Assembly: GCA_965218785.1 (NCBI GenBank) | Contig: OZ244650.1 | Span: forward strand, 1,472,001-1,536,000 | Origin: Nitrosopumilus sp. | Lineage (GTDB): Archaea > Thermoproteota > Nitrososphaeria > Nitrososphaerales > Nitrosopumilaceae | Direction of reading: 5' to 3' | Length of the DNA: 64,000 nucleotides | Shown here: positions 30,072 to 41,407 of the stretch, piece after piece | Numbering within the stretch: the stretch's first letter is position 1 | Layout of the letters: the number at the start of each line of letters is the position of its first letter | Program-made: the position numbers and the translations under genes | The notes under the pieces: generated by a model | What the model saw: only the letters and a program-made list of their open reading frames with translations | Databases searched by the model: none | What the model was told of the DNA's origin: nothing

Positions 30072-31400
30072 CTAATCAATTTGTTGTAGATTCTCGTTTT
30101 TATTTTCATAATTTTTTTGCTGTGGCAGCATCATATAGACACATGCACCCCCACACATGGTACATGGAACGTTGTTTCCAGGATGCTGTCCGGTGCGGCT
30201 GTGAATTCTGGCTGCCTCTTCAGGATCAATTGATAGTGCCAGCTGTTTCTCCCAATTCAGGGTGCGTCTAGCTTCGGTCATCTCCATATCCCACTTTATG
30301 GCCTTGTCGCGAATTTTTACAAGATCACCTGCATGAGCTGCAATCCTATAAGCGATCAGTCCGGCCTTTACTTCTTCAGCGTTTGGCAGGGCCAAGTGTT
30401 CAGACGGTGTAAGATAACACAAAAGATCAACACCCTCGCTTGCTGAAACGGCGGCACCTATTGCACTGGCAATATGATCATGGCCAGAGGCAATATCAGT
30501 TACCAGCGGACCTAGGACATAGTAGGGCACCTCGCCAATCAGGGATTTTGCCAGTATGACGTTTGCTGCAACCTCGTTGAGCGGGACATGACCCGGACCC
30601 TCTACCATAACTTGAATGTCTTGTTCGTGTGCCCGTTTAGTCAGCTGGGAAATGTTGATCATCTCCTGAACCTGCAATTCATCATGGGAGTCCAGAATGG
30701 AGCCAGGTCTGAGTGCGTCACCTAGGCTAAATGTTACATCATATTTTTTGGCAACCTCAATAAGATAGTCATAATGAGTCAGGTAGGGGTTTTCTTTGTC
30801 ATGTTTTAACATCCATGCTGCAGTAATTGTCCCCCCCTTGCTTACAACGCCGCCATATCTTTGAACTTTGAGGATTCTTTTTGCAATATCTTTGGTAATG
30901 CCGCAGTGGATTGTCGTGTAATCAACTCCGTCTTTTGCGTTATTTTCAAATGCCTTGATATAATCATCCTCAGTCAAGTTCAAGGGATTTTTGTGAACTT
31001 CAACGCCGTAATTGTATGCCTCATAAATTGGAACCGTTCCAAAGGTAATCGGGGCAGCATCCAAGAGGGTCTGCCTTATTTTTTTGACATCTCCGCCATC
31101 GCTTAGATCCATCATGGTATCAGCATGATACTTTACGGCAATCTTGGCTTTTTCAATCTCCTCGTCCAGGTTTACATTTAATGTGGATGTTCCAATGTTG
31201 ACGTTTACCTTGGTTTTAAGACCTTTGCCAATTCCAACGTTGTGAATCTTTTGTGGTCTGACGTTGTTACTTGGAATTATTATTGAGCCACGTGCAATTT
31301 TTGGAATCAGCCAGTCAAGGGAGACGTCTTCGTCTTTTGCCACCTGTTTCATTTCATCAGTAGCAACACCGCGCCGTGCAGCAGTCATCTGAGTTGCCAT
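30072..31400 (-). CDS. thiC: Phosphomethylpyrimidine synthase
   Basis: KVNVNIGTS, SLGDALRPG, MVEGPGHVP, CTMCGGAC. Confidence 0.96.
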   Translation of the reverse strand: MATQMTAARRGVATDEMKQVAKDEDVSLDWLIPKIARGSIIIPSNNVRPQKIHNVGIGKGLKTKVNVNIGTSTLNVNLDEEIEKAKIAVKYHADTMMDLSDGGDVKKIRQTLLDAAPITFGTVPIYEAYNYGVEVHKNPLNLTEDDYIKAFENNAKDGVDYTTIHCGITKDIAKRILKVQRYGGVVSKGGTITAAWMLKHDKENPYLTHYDYLIEVAKKYDVTFSLGDALRPGSILDSHDELQVQEMINISQLTKRAHEQDIQVMVEGPGHVPLNEVAANVILAKSLIGEVPYYVLGPLVTDIASGHDHIASAIGAAVSASEGVDLLCYLTPSEHLALPNAEEVKAGLIAYRIAAHAGDLVKIRDKAIKWDMEMTEARRTLNWEKQLALSIDPEEAARIHSRTGQHPGNNVPCTMCGGACVYMMLPQQKNYENKNENLQQID

Positions 31401-32075
31401 AAAGTAAACCATGTTGTTACCTGATTTAAACAATCATGAAAGTAACAGATAATTCCTGATCGCTTTGAAATTTTATGGAGCTATATTAAGAGAATAGGTA
31501 GATCTTATATGTCAGAAACGGTATATGGATCATTATGAGAGCTATTAGGGAATGCAGACATTGTGGGAGAGAGTTTTACAGTATGAAGGATGAATTCTGC
31601 TCTTTTGATTGTGTGTCTCAAGTATCATCATAACATCAAAATCAGTTCAAATTCAACTTGCCTTCTAGATGATGTTCTGATTGAATTTTAGCAGCAGTTC
31701 TGCAACCATCTCTTAAAAAAATAAAATGGTTTTGACAGTATATGAAGAGTCCAAGACCTTTGCTGTCAAATGCGTACCTGCAGATAATGATAGTGAAAAA
31801 GAATACCCCATACACGCCAGTGGGGGGGGTCTTGGCATGTGACAGAGGCACACAGACTGGTGGCAGCAGAAGCAGGATCTTCAATTCCCGGCAATGCCAA
31901 CAAAATCGCAGTTTCAGGCTTGGTCAAAATTCCGATTCGTACTTGATTTGATGTCTGCCATCAGATCCCCCCCCCCCAGCTAGGACCACATTCTCATAAA
32001 AATAAAGTGTGTTTTGGGGATTAATTAATTTCCAATTTCATTTACAGGTGATTTTCGGCATACCATTTTAATAGA

Positions 32076-32339
32076 ATGATGACGCATTATATCCAAGTAA
32101 ACATGCTGGAAAAACAATTCAATCCCGATTTAGTCTATAATAGAATCGTTCATTATTACATAGATAAAAAAGGATATTCAAAGGATCAGGCAAATGGAAT
32201 CGCTCAAAAAGTCGTACAAAAAGAGTCACAAAGAAGAATTTGTAAGAATGAAAAATGCAGGCATTTCTCACATGATCACATTAGAAATTCAGAAACATGT
32301 CTAGTTGCAGAATGTGAATGTAACGAGTTTACAAGCTAG
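32076..32339 (+). CDS. Small Cys/His-rich hypothetical protein
   Basis: C..C.H...H....C....C.C pattern at the C-terminus. Confidence 0.7.
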   Translation: MMTHYIQVNMLEKQFNPDLVYNRIVHYYIDKKGYSKDQANGIAQKVVQKESQRRICKNEKCRHFSHDHIRNSETCLVAECECNEFTS

Positions 32340-33316
32340 GTATAATCATCCAAAGAGCTTTCAAGTAACGGCTGTGCGTTGATTCCTATTTTTTGCAGAT
32401 ATTGTGCAAACTCTTCAACGAATCCGTGTATAGTGTAAACCTGTTCGGCACCGGATTGGGTCACCAGGTTTACAAGTTCGTTAAAATCACAGTGATCACT
32501 AATAGGAAATGAATAGTCGGTTCTTCTTCCAAAAGGAAATCGAGATGACTGGGCCCAGCCACTAAACCCGATTGTTACTGCATCATACTTTGATTTCATG
32601 TCTTGAACGAATTTATTTTTGGCAGACATCAGCGGTGCGACCATTATCCAGGGTTTTTTTTCTAACAATCCGTTTTTTTCAGCTTCAGTATGACCGATTC
32701 CGTCGCTGAGTGGAACACCTAATTTTTGATGAAGCGAATTCATCTCCTTTACAGAATCGTGAAAATACAGAGGCGCCCAGTGACCAAAAAGATTGGTAAT
32801 GGTTTGAGCCTTTCCTAGTTGATATCCCATTAAAATTACAGGAATTCCCTTTCCATAAAGTTCGGAAATCAGTTCATTGACCTGTTTTTGAATTTCATTA
32901 ATCCGAGGAAAGGCAAATTCTGGAAGACCAAACGTGCATTCAGTAATCAAGGTTTTGCATTTTGGTATCTTGGCACCCTGAAGAAACCCGCGAGTTCTGG
33001 TGCAGATATCGCCGGTATAAAAGATGTCATCGAAAAACAATCCCCTTGCTCCAAGTATGTGACCGCTGTCAATTAGGGAAAAATCATCAAGGGATTCAAC
33101 GTGATTTTCCATTTTAAATCCACGAAGATTGGCAATTTCATTTGTTTCAAGTGAGGAGAGTATCTTTCCCCCGTTTTTTGATGGAAGATGATCAGAGTGT
33201 GCATGGGAGACAAAATTGACGCCTGTAGAATCGATGTTTTTTGGATCCAAGTAGACGCGTTTGTCACTGACCTCACACAGGATTCCATTTTTTGTCATCC
33301 TAACCTGTCTGGGCAA
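32336..33316 (-). CDS. Metallo-beta-lactamase / beta-CASP nuclease
   Basis: SHAHSDH, SGHILG, YTGD, SDHCDF. Confidence 0.88.
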   Translation of the reverse strand: MPRQVRMTKNGILCEVSDKRVYLDPKNIDSTGVNFVSHAHSDHLPSKNGGKILSSLETNEIANLRGFKMENHVESLDDFSLIDSGHILGARGLFFDDIFYTGDICTRTRGFLQGAKIPKCKTLITECTFGLPEFAFPRINEIQKQVNELISELYGKGIPVILMGYQLGKAQTITNLFGHWAPLYFHDSVKEMNSLHQKLGVPLSDGIGHTEAEKNGLLEKKPWIMVAPLMSAKNKFVQDMKSKYDAVTIGFSGWAQSSRFPFGRRTDYSFPISDHCDFNELVNLVTQSGAEQVYTIHGFVEEFAQYLQKIGINAQPLLESSLDDYT

Positions 33317-33372
33317 TAAGAAGAGAATAATCGGATTTGATATAAATTGCTGGTTTGATCTACTGTTGACTA

Positions 33373-33990
33373 ATGCTAAATCTAGGAATTTTAATCTCAG
33401 GCCGCGGGAGTAACATGGAATCCATCCTAAAGTCAGTCAAGAAAAAAAGGATTCCAATCAACCCAGCAATAGTCATTTCAAACAATCCAGCGGCGAGGGG
33501 TCTGAGAATTGCAGAAAAATTAGGAGTTGCCACAGAAATTGTTGATAGCAAGAACTTTACGGGTGGCAGGGCAGAGTATGATAAAAAAATAATCGCAGTC
33601 TTGACAAAACACGGGGTTACTCCAAGAAACGGTCTGGTATGCCTTGCAGGATTTATGAGGATTATCAGCCCACAGTTTGTAAAAAAATACAAGAACAGAA
33701 TCATCAATATCCATCCGGCATTACTTCCGGCATTTCCCGGACTAGGATCGCAAAAACAGGCGTTGTCATACGGCGTAAAATATTCTGGATGCACGGTACA
33801 TTTTGTAGATACAGGAATGGATACGGGACCGGTAATAATTCAGTCAGTTGTCAAGGTAAAGGAAAACGATACGGAAGAATCACTGTCAAAAAGAATCCTA
33901 AAAGAAGAACATGGTGCATATTCTGAAGCAGTCAATTTGTTTGCAAGAAAAAAAATCAGAGTCTCCGGAAGAAGAGCCATCATCGGTTAA
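33373..33990 (+). CDS. purN: Phosphoribosylglycinamide formyltransferase
   Basis: SGRGSN, LAGFMRI, NIHPALLP, GCTVHFV. Confidence 0.95.
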   Translation: MLNLGILISGRGSNMESILKSVKKKRIPINPAIVISNNPAARGLRIAEKLGVATEIVDSKNFTGGRAEYDKKIIAVLTKHGVTPRNGLVCLAGFMRIISPQFVKKYKNRIINIHPALLPAFPGLGSQKQALSYGVKYSGCTVHFVDTGMDTGPVIIQSVVKVKENDTEESLSKRILKEEHGAYSEAVNLFARKKIRVSGRRAIIG

Positions 33991-34352
33991 AAATCAGGAC
34001 CGCCAAAAAAATACAAAACTTTGAGTTCCTCTGTATTTCCGTGAAAGAAGTGTTCCACGTCCTTTGCAACAAAAAATAACTTGTCTTTTGAAACCTTGTA
34101 ATCCTTATCTTTAATTTTTAAAAATCCATTACCTGAAATTATATAATACATTTCATCACTATCATGAGGGGTCTGCGTATCTTCTTTGCCGGGTTGAAGA
34201 ACCAGTACGCCTGCAGCCAGACTGTCCTTATTGATAAATGTGTGGAAGTAAGAGCCGCCTTTTTTGATTTTTTCAAGTGATGCAGATAAATCAAATTCTA
34301 GTTTCAATTTATTTAACATCCACATTAAATGTATTTCCTGCAGGATCTGCAC
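33987..34352 (-). CDS. Cupin domain protein (true start probably further downstream)
   Basis: QTPHDSDEMYYIISG ... VEHFFH. Confidence 0.85.
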   Translation of the reverse strand: MQILQEIHLMWMLNKLKLEFDLSASLEKIKKGGSYFHTFINKDSLAAGVLVLQPGKEDTQTPHDSDEMYYIISGNGFLKIKDKDYKVSKDKLFFVAKDVEHFFHGNTEELKVLYFFGGPDF

Positions 34353-34663
34353 ACATCAGGGAACGTCCATCCGGATGCGGCATCTTATATCGGGGATACG
34401 GATTCGTTTTGATAAAAATCCACCTACTTTTATGATCCGCAATCATCTCATATCTTCTGTCAGGGGATCTTTTAGATGCAGTATCAAACGGTACTTTGGC
34501 AGGCTCAAAAATCCGGCTTTTGTGCGGATCTTCTGCGTTTTCTTCGAGTCCGGTACATGCAGCCATTACAAGCATACTATGACTAGAAGGGGATCATTTA
34601 ACTTCTTTTCTGAGTATATCATAAGACTCTAAGAATTAAATATCTACAAATCAGAAACAGGTT

Positions 34664-35533
34664 ATGGTTGGCACTAAAATTGACGGTATCGTGATTGCAC
34701 AGTCAGTAAAAGACAGGATAAAAAAGTCAGTTGAGGAAATGAAATCCCAGGGAATCAACCCATGTCTTGCTACGGTTCTAGTAGGGGATAATCAGGCATC
34801 TGCCACGTATGTTAAAAACAAGCACAAGGCATGTGAGGAAGTCGGGATTATCACCAAGGATCACAAGCTTGATTCTGCCACTTTGCAGACACGGCTCAAT
34901 GAAATCATTGAAAATTTGAATAACGATAGTTTGGTTCACGGCATTCTAGTACAGCTTCCATTACCTGAACAGTTAGACGAGTTTATCACTACATCAAGAA
35001 TATCCCCACTAAAAGATGTGGACGGGTTAACGCCACATAATACAGGATTGCTTGCAATGAAAAAAGCGGTGCTAGTTGCATGTACGCCATCCGGAGTTAT
35101 GGAGATGTTTGATTATCATGGAATTGATTTGAACGGAAAAACCGTGGTATTAATTAACAGAAGCAACCTGGTTGGAAAGCCGCTTTATCATTTACTGTTG
35201 GAGAAAAACGCAACCGTAATAACGTGTCACTCAAAAACTAGGAACCTGGCGGATCTGTGCCAGACTGCAGATATCATCATTACCGCTGTAGGTGACAGGG
35301 GCAAATTCACTCTAATGCCTGAGATGATCAGAGAGGGGGCAATCGTAATAGATGTTGCAATCTCAAGATTTCAGGAAAAACTGGTAGGAGATTCAGATTA
35401 TGAGCAAATTATCCAAAAAGCATCTTTTGCAACACCGGTCCCGGGAGGAGTAGGACCCATGACAGTTGCCATGCTATTAAAAAATACCGTCATCGCAGCA
35501 TCCTTGAATAGTGAAATTGGAAGACAGTCCTGA
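34664..35533 (+). CDS. folD: Bifunctional methylene-THF dehydrogenase / cyclohydrolase
   Basis: GILVQLPLP, KDVDG, TPVPGGVGPMT. Confidence 0.95.
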   Translation: MVGTKIDGIVIAQSVKDRIKKSVEEMKSQGINPCLATVLVGDNQASATYVKNKHKACEEVGIITKDHKLDSATLQTRLNEIIENLNNDSLVHGILVQLPLPEQLDEFITTSRISPLKDVDGLTPHNTGLLAMKKAVLVACTPSGVMEMFDYHGIDLNGKTVVLINRSNLVGKPLYHLLLEKNATVITCHSKTRNLADLCQTADIIITAVGDRGKFTLMPEMIREGAIVIDVAISRFQEKLVGDSDYEQIIQKASFATPVPGGVGPMTVAMLLKNTVIAASLNSEIGRQS

Positions 35534-36080
35534 AAAAAAATCACTTCGAAATCTTCTTTTGGAAAAAAGAGATAATACGTCTGCTGATTTTTTGAATATT
35601 GCAAGCCAGAAAATACAAAAAAAAATAAAGAAAATTAACGCGTTTAGAAATGCACAAAAGATCGGCGCGTATTTTCCAATCGGGAGTGAGATTCTGACAC
35701 AGGATATTATTCAAGAGCTGCTAAGTAATGGAAAAGACGTGTTTTTGCCCAGGGTGGAAGGAACGAGGATGGAGTTTAGAAAGATTGCCGGTTTTTCAAG
35801 CCTGGAGAAGGGCAGTTTTGAGATAATGGAGCCCAAGGATGATTGTCAAATAGATAACGAGTTGGATGTGATCCTAGTGCCCACAGTTGGAATATCTCCT
35901 GCAGGAACTAGGCTAGGATACGGTCATGGGTTTTATGACAGGTTTCTAGCAGAGCACAAAAGTGTGACAATATCTTTAACCCTGGAAAAACAGATCATAA
36001 AAAACATCCCAAGAGCAGAACATGATGCCATCATTGACTGGATTGCAACTGAGGATAAAATTCTAAAAACTCGAGGGTAG
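35511..36080 (+). CDS. 5-formyltetrahydrofolate cyclo-ligase
   Basis: RLGYGHGFYDRFL; HD..ID.I.TE. Confidence 0.92.
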   Translation: MKLEDSPEKKSLRNLLLEKRDNTSADFLNIASQKIQKKIKKINAFRNAQKIGAYFPIGSEILTQDIIQELLSNGKDVFLPRVEGTRMEFRKIAGFSSLEKGSFEIMEPKDDCQIDNELDVILVPTVGISPAGTRLGYGHGFYDRFLAEHKSVTISLTLEKQIIKNIPRAEHDAIIDWIATEDKILKTRG

Positions 36081-36226
36081 TTGGTCCTTTTGCCAATATC
36101 TGTTCTACAGTTTGCAGGGTCGGGGATTTTATCAACGTGGATATGCACAGCAACTGCAGATTCAGGAAGACGGCCTGAAGTACGGATCATCAGAATTAAA
36201 ACCGCATCAATCCAGACCCGTGATGT

Positions 36227-37579
36227 TTAATTGGTAAATTCAGCATTGATTTTTTCTAGTTTTTCCAGGCTTTTTTTAGAGCCAATATCACGTCTGTACT
36301 CCAATACACCTTTGATATGTGTGTCAATGACCGTATCAACGAGTGATGAGGCATCACAGATGGTATCAGAGACGGCACCAAATGCACAAACCCGTGACTT
36401 TTTCAGGGTTTTGTATTGTCCCTCTCCTGTTTTTATACAGGAGGCAAAGAACACACTCACGCCCATGTCCTGGACTGCTTTTTCATCCAGGGTAAAAAAG
36501 ACGGCATCATCACTTTGCTCCGGGTATTCATGTGCCACCAAATATTTGACGACACTTGCCTTTTTGAGAAACGAAACAACATCTTCAGACAACGTGTGGT
36601 TCCAAATGTGAATCAACAGTTCAGAAAAGGATCCATCAAGAACGCTGAGAATGTTCAGCCCCTCCGGGTCGCCAAAGCGCCCGTTGAACTCCATGAACTT
36701 TATGCCTTTTTTTGTCTTGAAAAATCCACCGTTGAGAACGCCGTTAAAAAAGAGGTGATTGGCCCTCATCTCGTCAATTATTTTTTGCATGATGTTTTTG
36801 CAGTTATTTAGATCTTCATCACTCATAAACGGGAGTCGCTTCTCTGAATTTGTAAAACACCCCATGCCTCCGGTTCCTGCACCCTTGTCATCCTCATATC
36901 TAAACGGATAATCATAACTTGCCGGAGAGAGCACCAGGTTGGTACCGTCAGTAATTCCCATGATTGTAAACTCGATGCCATTTAGTTTTTCTACCAACAG
37001 CACCTGCTCATCGCTATTTTTCTTGAGAAGATATGATGCATAATCAATACAGTCCTTATAGGTTGGCAGATGCTCAGGCATTACCTTTACTCCTTTTCCG
37101 CCTGTGAGTCCTTGAGGCTTTACTACAACTTTGATTCCTCTTGATTCAAATTCGGATATCGCCTCTTCCAACTCTTCGGCATTGCATACAATCTTGTAAA
37201 ATGGCGTAAATTCAGGACACGTTTTCTGCATCATCTTCATGGAATATACTTTGTCCCATTCAATACGCGTTGCCTCTTTTGTACCACCTATTGCCTTGAA
37301 ATTATTTTCAAGCAGGATATCCACGACTCCATTGGCAAGGGGTTTGTCTGCACTCACAAAGGCATAATCTATGGAGTGCTCTTTTGCAAATTTTAAAACC
37401 ACACGAGGATCATCAGCATCTGCGATCAGATGCCGTCCACCTGACTGCGCAACACAGTCTATGATTAATGGGTTTTCGTGATGAATTACAGCATACAACT
37501 GTGTATCCTGCATGAGCTGCAGGGCAAAGGCACTCTCGCGTCCCCCACTTCCGACAATGAGAAATTTCTTTTTGTTCAC
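36227..37579 (-). CDS. purD: Phosphoribosylamine-glycine ligase (archaeal type)
   Basis: VGSGGRE, VVVKPQGLTGGKGV, D.G..TGGMG, EFNGRFGDPE, YRRDIG. Confidence 0.85.
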   Translation of the reverse strand: MNKKKFLIVGSGGRESAFALQLMQDTQLYAVIHHENPLIIDCVAQSGGRHLIADADDPRVVLKFAKEHSIDYAFVSADKPLANGVVDILLENNFKAIGGTKEATRIEWDKVYSMKMMQKTCPEFTPFYKIVCNAEELEEAISEFESRGIKVVVKPQGLTGGKGVKVMPEHLPTYKDCIDYASYLLKKNSDEQVLLVEKLNGIEFTIMGITDGTNLVLSPASYDYPFRYEDDKGAGTGGMGCFTNSEKRLPFMSDEDLNNCKNIMQKIIDEMRANHLFFNGVLNGGFFKTKKGIKFMEFNGRFGDPEGLNILSVLDGSFSELLIHIWNHTLSEDVVSFLKKASVVKYLVAHEYPEQSDDAVFFTLDEKAVQDMGVSVFFASCIKTGEGQYKTLKKSRVCAFGAVSDTICDASSLVDTVIDTHIKGVLEYRRDIGSKKSLEKLEKINAEFTN

Positions 37580-38098
37580 GGTGAATATTTCTTGGCAATC
37601 CTTAAAATACTGTGTGAATGGATTGTGTCAGTTAATCGGGATCTGAAATATGTGTTATGCAAGTTCGGTTCTGATGCAAGATCAAACCGTTAAATCTCAT
37701 CTCCCTCCCACAACCCCGTAAAATTTCAACTCGATGATCCGTGTTTCAGGTCTTGATGAGTTATCAATGCATGGGAGAATGAATTCTTTTCTTGTCCTAT
37801 GATTTTGTTTGCTTTTCTTGGAATCCGTCCTTTTCAGGCGGTATTCCCAGTACCATCAGAATTTCGTTTTTTATTCACATGCCCAAAGAAGGGTTGGGCG
37901 GTACTGATGATAAATGGAAGAAAATCAAGTTCCAAACCCTGTAATTTACAATTTCAGGGACCAAAACATTCCTATTTCTTCTTTAATTGATTTGAATTTT
38001 TTTGTTTATTTGACCTGGAATTAAATAAAAGAGATACAGCCATAAATTCCGCCCACTTCAATTTAGCTTTATAATGCCACATACATATCAGAATCCAG

Positions 38099-41000
38099 AT
38101 GGAACTTTCCACAAAGTTTGATGCAAAGGCAATAGAATCCCAAGTAAGAGAATACATCGGATCAATGGATTTGGAAAAACAGATTTTCGCATCAGACAAA
38201 CCTGAAAAGATAAGATTCATTGAAGGACCTCCTACAATGAACGGAATTCCACATGCAGGACATCTGAGAGGCAGGGTAATCAAGGATTTGTGGTACCGGT
38301 TCAATACACTGCAGGGGAAGAAGATCAAGTTCAACGGTGGATGGGATACGCAGGGCCTTCCAGTAGAACTGCAGGTCGAAAAGGAGCTTGGCGTCACGGG
38401 AGGAAAGACTGAAGCCATAAGACAGTTTGGAATTGAGAGGATCGTCGCTGAATGTAAAAAAGTTGTAGAGAAATACAACAAAACGTGGGTAAAAGTTGAC
38501 GAGTTACTTGGCATGTCATTTAACCACGAAAAGGCATACTGGACATTTAGGGATGAATTCATTGAAAGGGAATGGCAAGTTCTAAAAAAAGCATATGAAA
38601 ATGGAATTCTAGAGGAGGATTTTACGGTAATTGCATACTGTCCAAGCTGCCAAACATCACTCAGTCATGCAGAAGTAAATCAGGGGTATGAGGAAGTAAA
38701 AGACCCCTCATTATTTTACAAAGTAAAACTAGCAGACGAGGATGCATATCTGATTGTATGGACCACAATGCCATTTACTCTAGTTACAGACGCAATGGTG
38801 GGACTGCAGCCCAAAGAGGATTATGTTTATGTCAAAGTAAAAGATCAAACCTGGATTGTGGGGAAGAGCAGACTCGAGGAATTCATGACGGAGGTAAAAG
38901 TGGAAGAATATAAAATTGAAAAAACCGCAAAGGGTTCAGAATTTGAAGGCAGGAAATACATTCATCCGCTGCTGGATCTGATTCCGCAATTAAATGAACG
39001 CGCAAAATTGGATAATTATCATGTGGCAGTCTCTGAAACATTCGTCGATGCCAGCACCGGTAGTGGCCTGGTTCATCTGTCTCCTGCAAACGGTGAGGAA
39101 GACATCAAGATAGCAAACAAAAGAAAGGTCAAAATCTTCATTCCCATTGATGATGAGGTAAAATTTACCGCTCAGGCAGGCAAGTACTCGGGAATGTTTG
39201 TCAGGGATGCAGACAGGGTCATTGTTGAAGACCTAAGAGAGCGTAATGCCCTTGTAAAAATTGGAAAAATAAAACACAAGTATCCATTATGCTGGAGATC
39301 TCACCATCCCATCGTCTGGCTTGCCAGAAAAGGTTGGTTTTACAAGCTAGACCGTCTTGATGACAAGGCAGTTGATGCAGCAGAAAGTGTGGAATACTTT
39401 TTTGAGCAGCCAAAAAACAGATTTTTGGGAATCATCAAAGAGAGACATCCATGGTGTATTTCACGAGAAAGAATCTGGGGTTGCCCATTACCGGTATGGA
39501 GTTGCGGGGATTGCGGTGAAAAAAACTGGTTCTTTTCAAGAAAGGACATAGTTGATGCAGCAGAGAATCTGCCAGACGGCCCAGACTTTGAATTACACAG
39601 GCCATGGATTGACAAGATTACAGTAAAATGCAAAAAATGCAACAGTACCAAAACAAAAAGAGAAGAGTATGTTTTAGACACGTGGCACAACAGCGGATCT
39701 GCGCCTTATTCATCACTGACTGATGAGGAATACACAAATGAGATTCCTGTACCGTTTCTCACCGAGGGAATTGATCAGACCAGAGGATGGGCATACACGC
39801 TGCTTATTGAAAATGTAATTCTAAAGAACAGTCCGACCCCGCCTTATAGCGCATTTTTGTTCCAAGGGCACGTTCTTGATGAGAAGGGGGGGAAGATGAG
39901 CAAAAGCAAGGGAAATGTTCTGGAGGGGGCAGATTTACTGCAAAAATATCCGGTAGACTTGGTAAGGTTCTATTTCATGTGGAAGGCAAGTCCGATTGAA
40001 CCGCTAAGTTTCAGCACAAAAGAGCTGATGTCAAGGCCATACCAGGTAATTAACACGTTATTTAATTTACATCTCTACTTTAAGCAGAACAGCGAATATG
40101 ATAATTTTGAACAGACAAGGACGATTGAATGGGCAAAACAGGAGAATCTGCTAACATCGCCAGATATTTGGCTCTTATCAAAACTTGAAAAACTGATTCA
40201 AAAGGTTACAGAGAAAAACGAGACATGCAGGTTCCACGAGGCTGCCAGAGCAATCGATGATTTTATCATAAATAATCTAAGCCAGGCATACATTCCAATT
40301 ACAAGAGGGGAGCTGTGGGACGAAGAAAAGAAGAAAAGACGATTGGCAATTTATACAGTACTAAGCAAGGTACTCAAAACTTTAGATGTCCTGATTCATC
40401 CGTTTTGTCCATTTTCAAGTGAATATCTTTATCATACAGTCTTTGGTGGAAAGCAAAGCATCCTACTTGACAAATGGCCCCAATATCAGGAATCACTGGT
40501 AAACAGTGAGATTGAGGAATCATTTGACATTATGAAAGATGTGGTATCCGTATCATCGGCTGCAAGAATGAAGGGAAAGCTAAAGCGAAGATGGCCATTA
40601 AATGAGGCACGAATCTGTGTAAGAAAGAATCAGAAAGCAAAGCTGGAATCATTGTCTGATTTGTTACAGAGTCAGTTGAACGTGGAAAAATTCAGCATCG
40701 TGGAGACAGAAAAAGAATCAGGGTTGGAACAGATCTTGGAATTAAGACAGTTGGGACTGCCAGTCAAGGCCGTGGTAGAACTAGAAAGAAAGAGGATAGG
40801 ACCAAAAGCAAAACAACACATGGGAAAACTAGTCGCAATGTTTTCTGAAACAAATCCTGAAGAGATTATTGAATCATTACAAAGGGAGGGAAAATATGAT
40901 TTTGATATCCAAGGGGAGGTTATTTCACTAGATAACGAAGACTTTGTTATGGATTTTGATGCAAGTGAAAATTTTGCAGTGGCAAAAAAGGACAGTTACA

Positions 41001-41290
41001 TCGTGTATATCTCAACATCACGAAACAGGGAGACGATGGCAAAAGGACTGATAAAAGACGTTGCAAGAAGACTTCAGACACTTAGAAAGGAGAGGGGATT
41101 CAATCCAACTGACATACTGGGGGTCGCATCGATTCTTGATTTAGACGAAGAGTCACTTGAGATGTTAAAAGACAAGGCCGACGAGCTGGCATTTTTAGTC
41201 AGGGTAAAGCAGGTAAATTTTACACAGTCCTGTCAAGAATACAAAAATGACGATATTGATGGTCAAAAAATCAGAATATCTGTGGAATAG
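38099..41290 (+). CDS. ileS: Isoleucine--tRNA ligase
   Basis: EGPPTMNG..HAGH, GWDTQGLP, WTTMPFTL, EGIDQTRGW, KMSKS. Confidence 0.96.
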   Translation: MELSTKFDAKAIESQVREYIGSMDLEKQIFASDKPEKIRFIEGPPTMNGIPHAGHLRGRVIKDLWYRFNTLQGKKIKFNGGWDTQGLPVELQVEKELGVTGGKTEAIRQFGIERIVAECKKVVEKYNKTWVKVDELLGMSFNHEKAYWTFRDEFIEREWQVLKKAYENGILEEDFTVIAYCPSCQTSLSHAEVNQGYEEVKDPSLFYKVKLADEDAYLIVWTTMPFTLVTDAMVGLQPKEDYVYVKVKDQTWIVGKSRLEEFMTEVKVEEYKIEKTAKGSEFEGRKYIHPLLDLIPQLNERAKLDNYHVAVSETFVDASTGSGLVHLSPANGEEDIKIANKRKVKIFIPIDDEVKFTAQAGKYSGMFVRDADRVIVEDLRERNALVKIGKIKHKYPLCWRSHHPIVWLARKGWFYKLDRLDDKAVDAAESVEYFFEQPKNRFLGIIKERHPWCISRERIWGCPLPVWSCGDCGEKNWFFSRKDIVDAAENLPDGPDFELHRPWIDKITVKCKKCNSTKTKREEYVLDTWHNSGSAPYSSLTDEEYTNEIPVPFLTEGIDQTRGWAYTLLIENVILKNSPTPPYSAFLFQGHVLDEKGGKMSKSKGNVLEGADLLQKYPVDLVRFYFMWKASPIEPLSFSTKELMSRPYQVINTLFNLHLYFKQNSEYDNFEQTRTIEWAKQENLLTSPDIWLLSKLEKLIQKVTEKNETCRFHEAARAIDDFIINNLSQAYIPITRGELWDEEKKKRRLAIYTVLSKVLKTLDVLIHPFCPFSSEYLYHTVFGGKQSILLDKWPQYQESLVNSEIEESFDIMKDVVSVSSAARMKGKLKRRWPLNEARICVRKNQKAKLESLSDLLQSQLNVEKFSIVETEKESGLEQILELRQLGLPVKAVVELERKRIGPKAKQHMGKLVAMFSETNPEEIIESLQREGKYDFDIQGEVISLDNEDFVMDFDASENFAVAKKDSYIVYISTSRNRETMAKGLIKDVARRLQTLRKERGFNPTDILGVASILDLDEESLEMLKDKADELAFLVRVKQVNFTQSCQEYKNDDIDGQKIRISVE

Positions 41291-41407
41291 GTTTTAAAGT
41301 TCAATCAGCCCTCAGATGCCCAAATTGAGTAAAATATCCCAAATCCGTGCCAACAAAACGACTGTATAATGTAATATTTTTATTACAATCAATAATCATA
41401 CAAAGAA

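Noticed and set aside
31400-31650. TPP riboswitch upstream of thiC
   Set aside because: No recognisable CUGAGA/ACCUG core, and the promoter appears to lie directly upstream of the start.
31640-32030. Short ORFs and G8/C11 homopolymers between thiC and 32076
   Set aside because: No motif, no credible gene, and no link to a coding frame.
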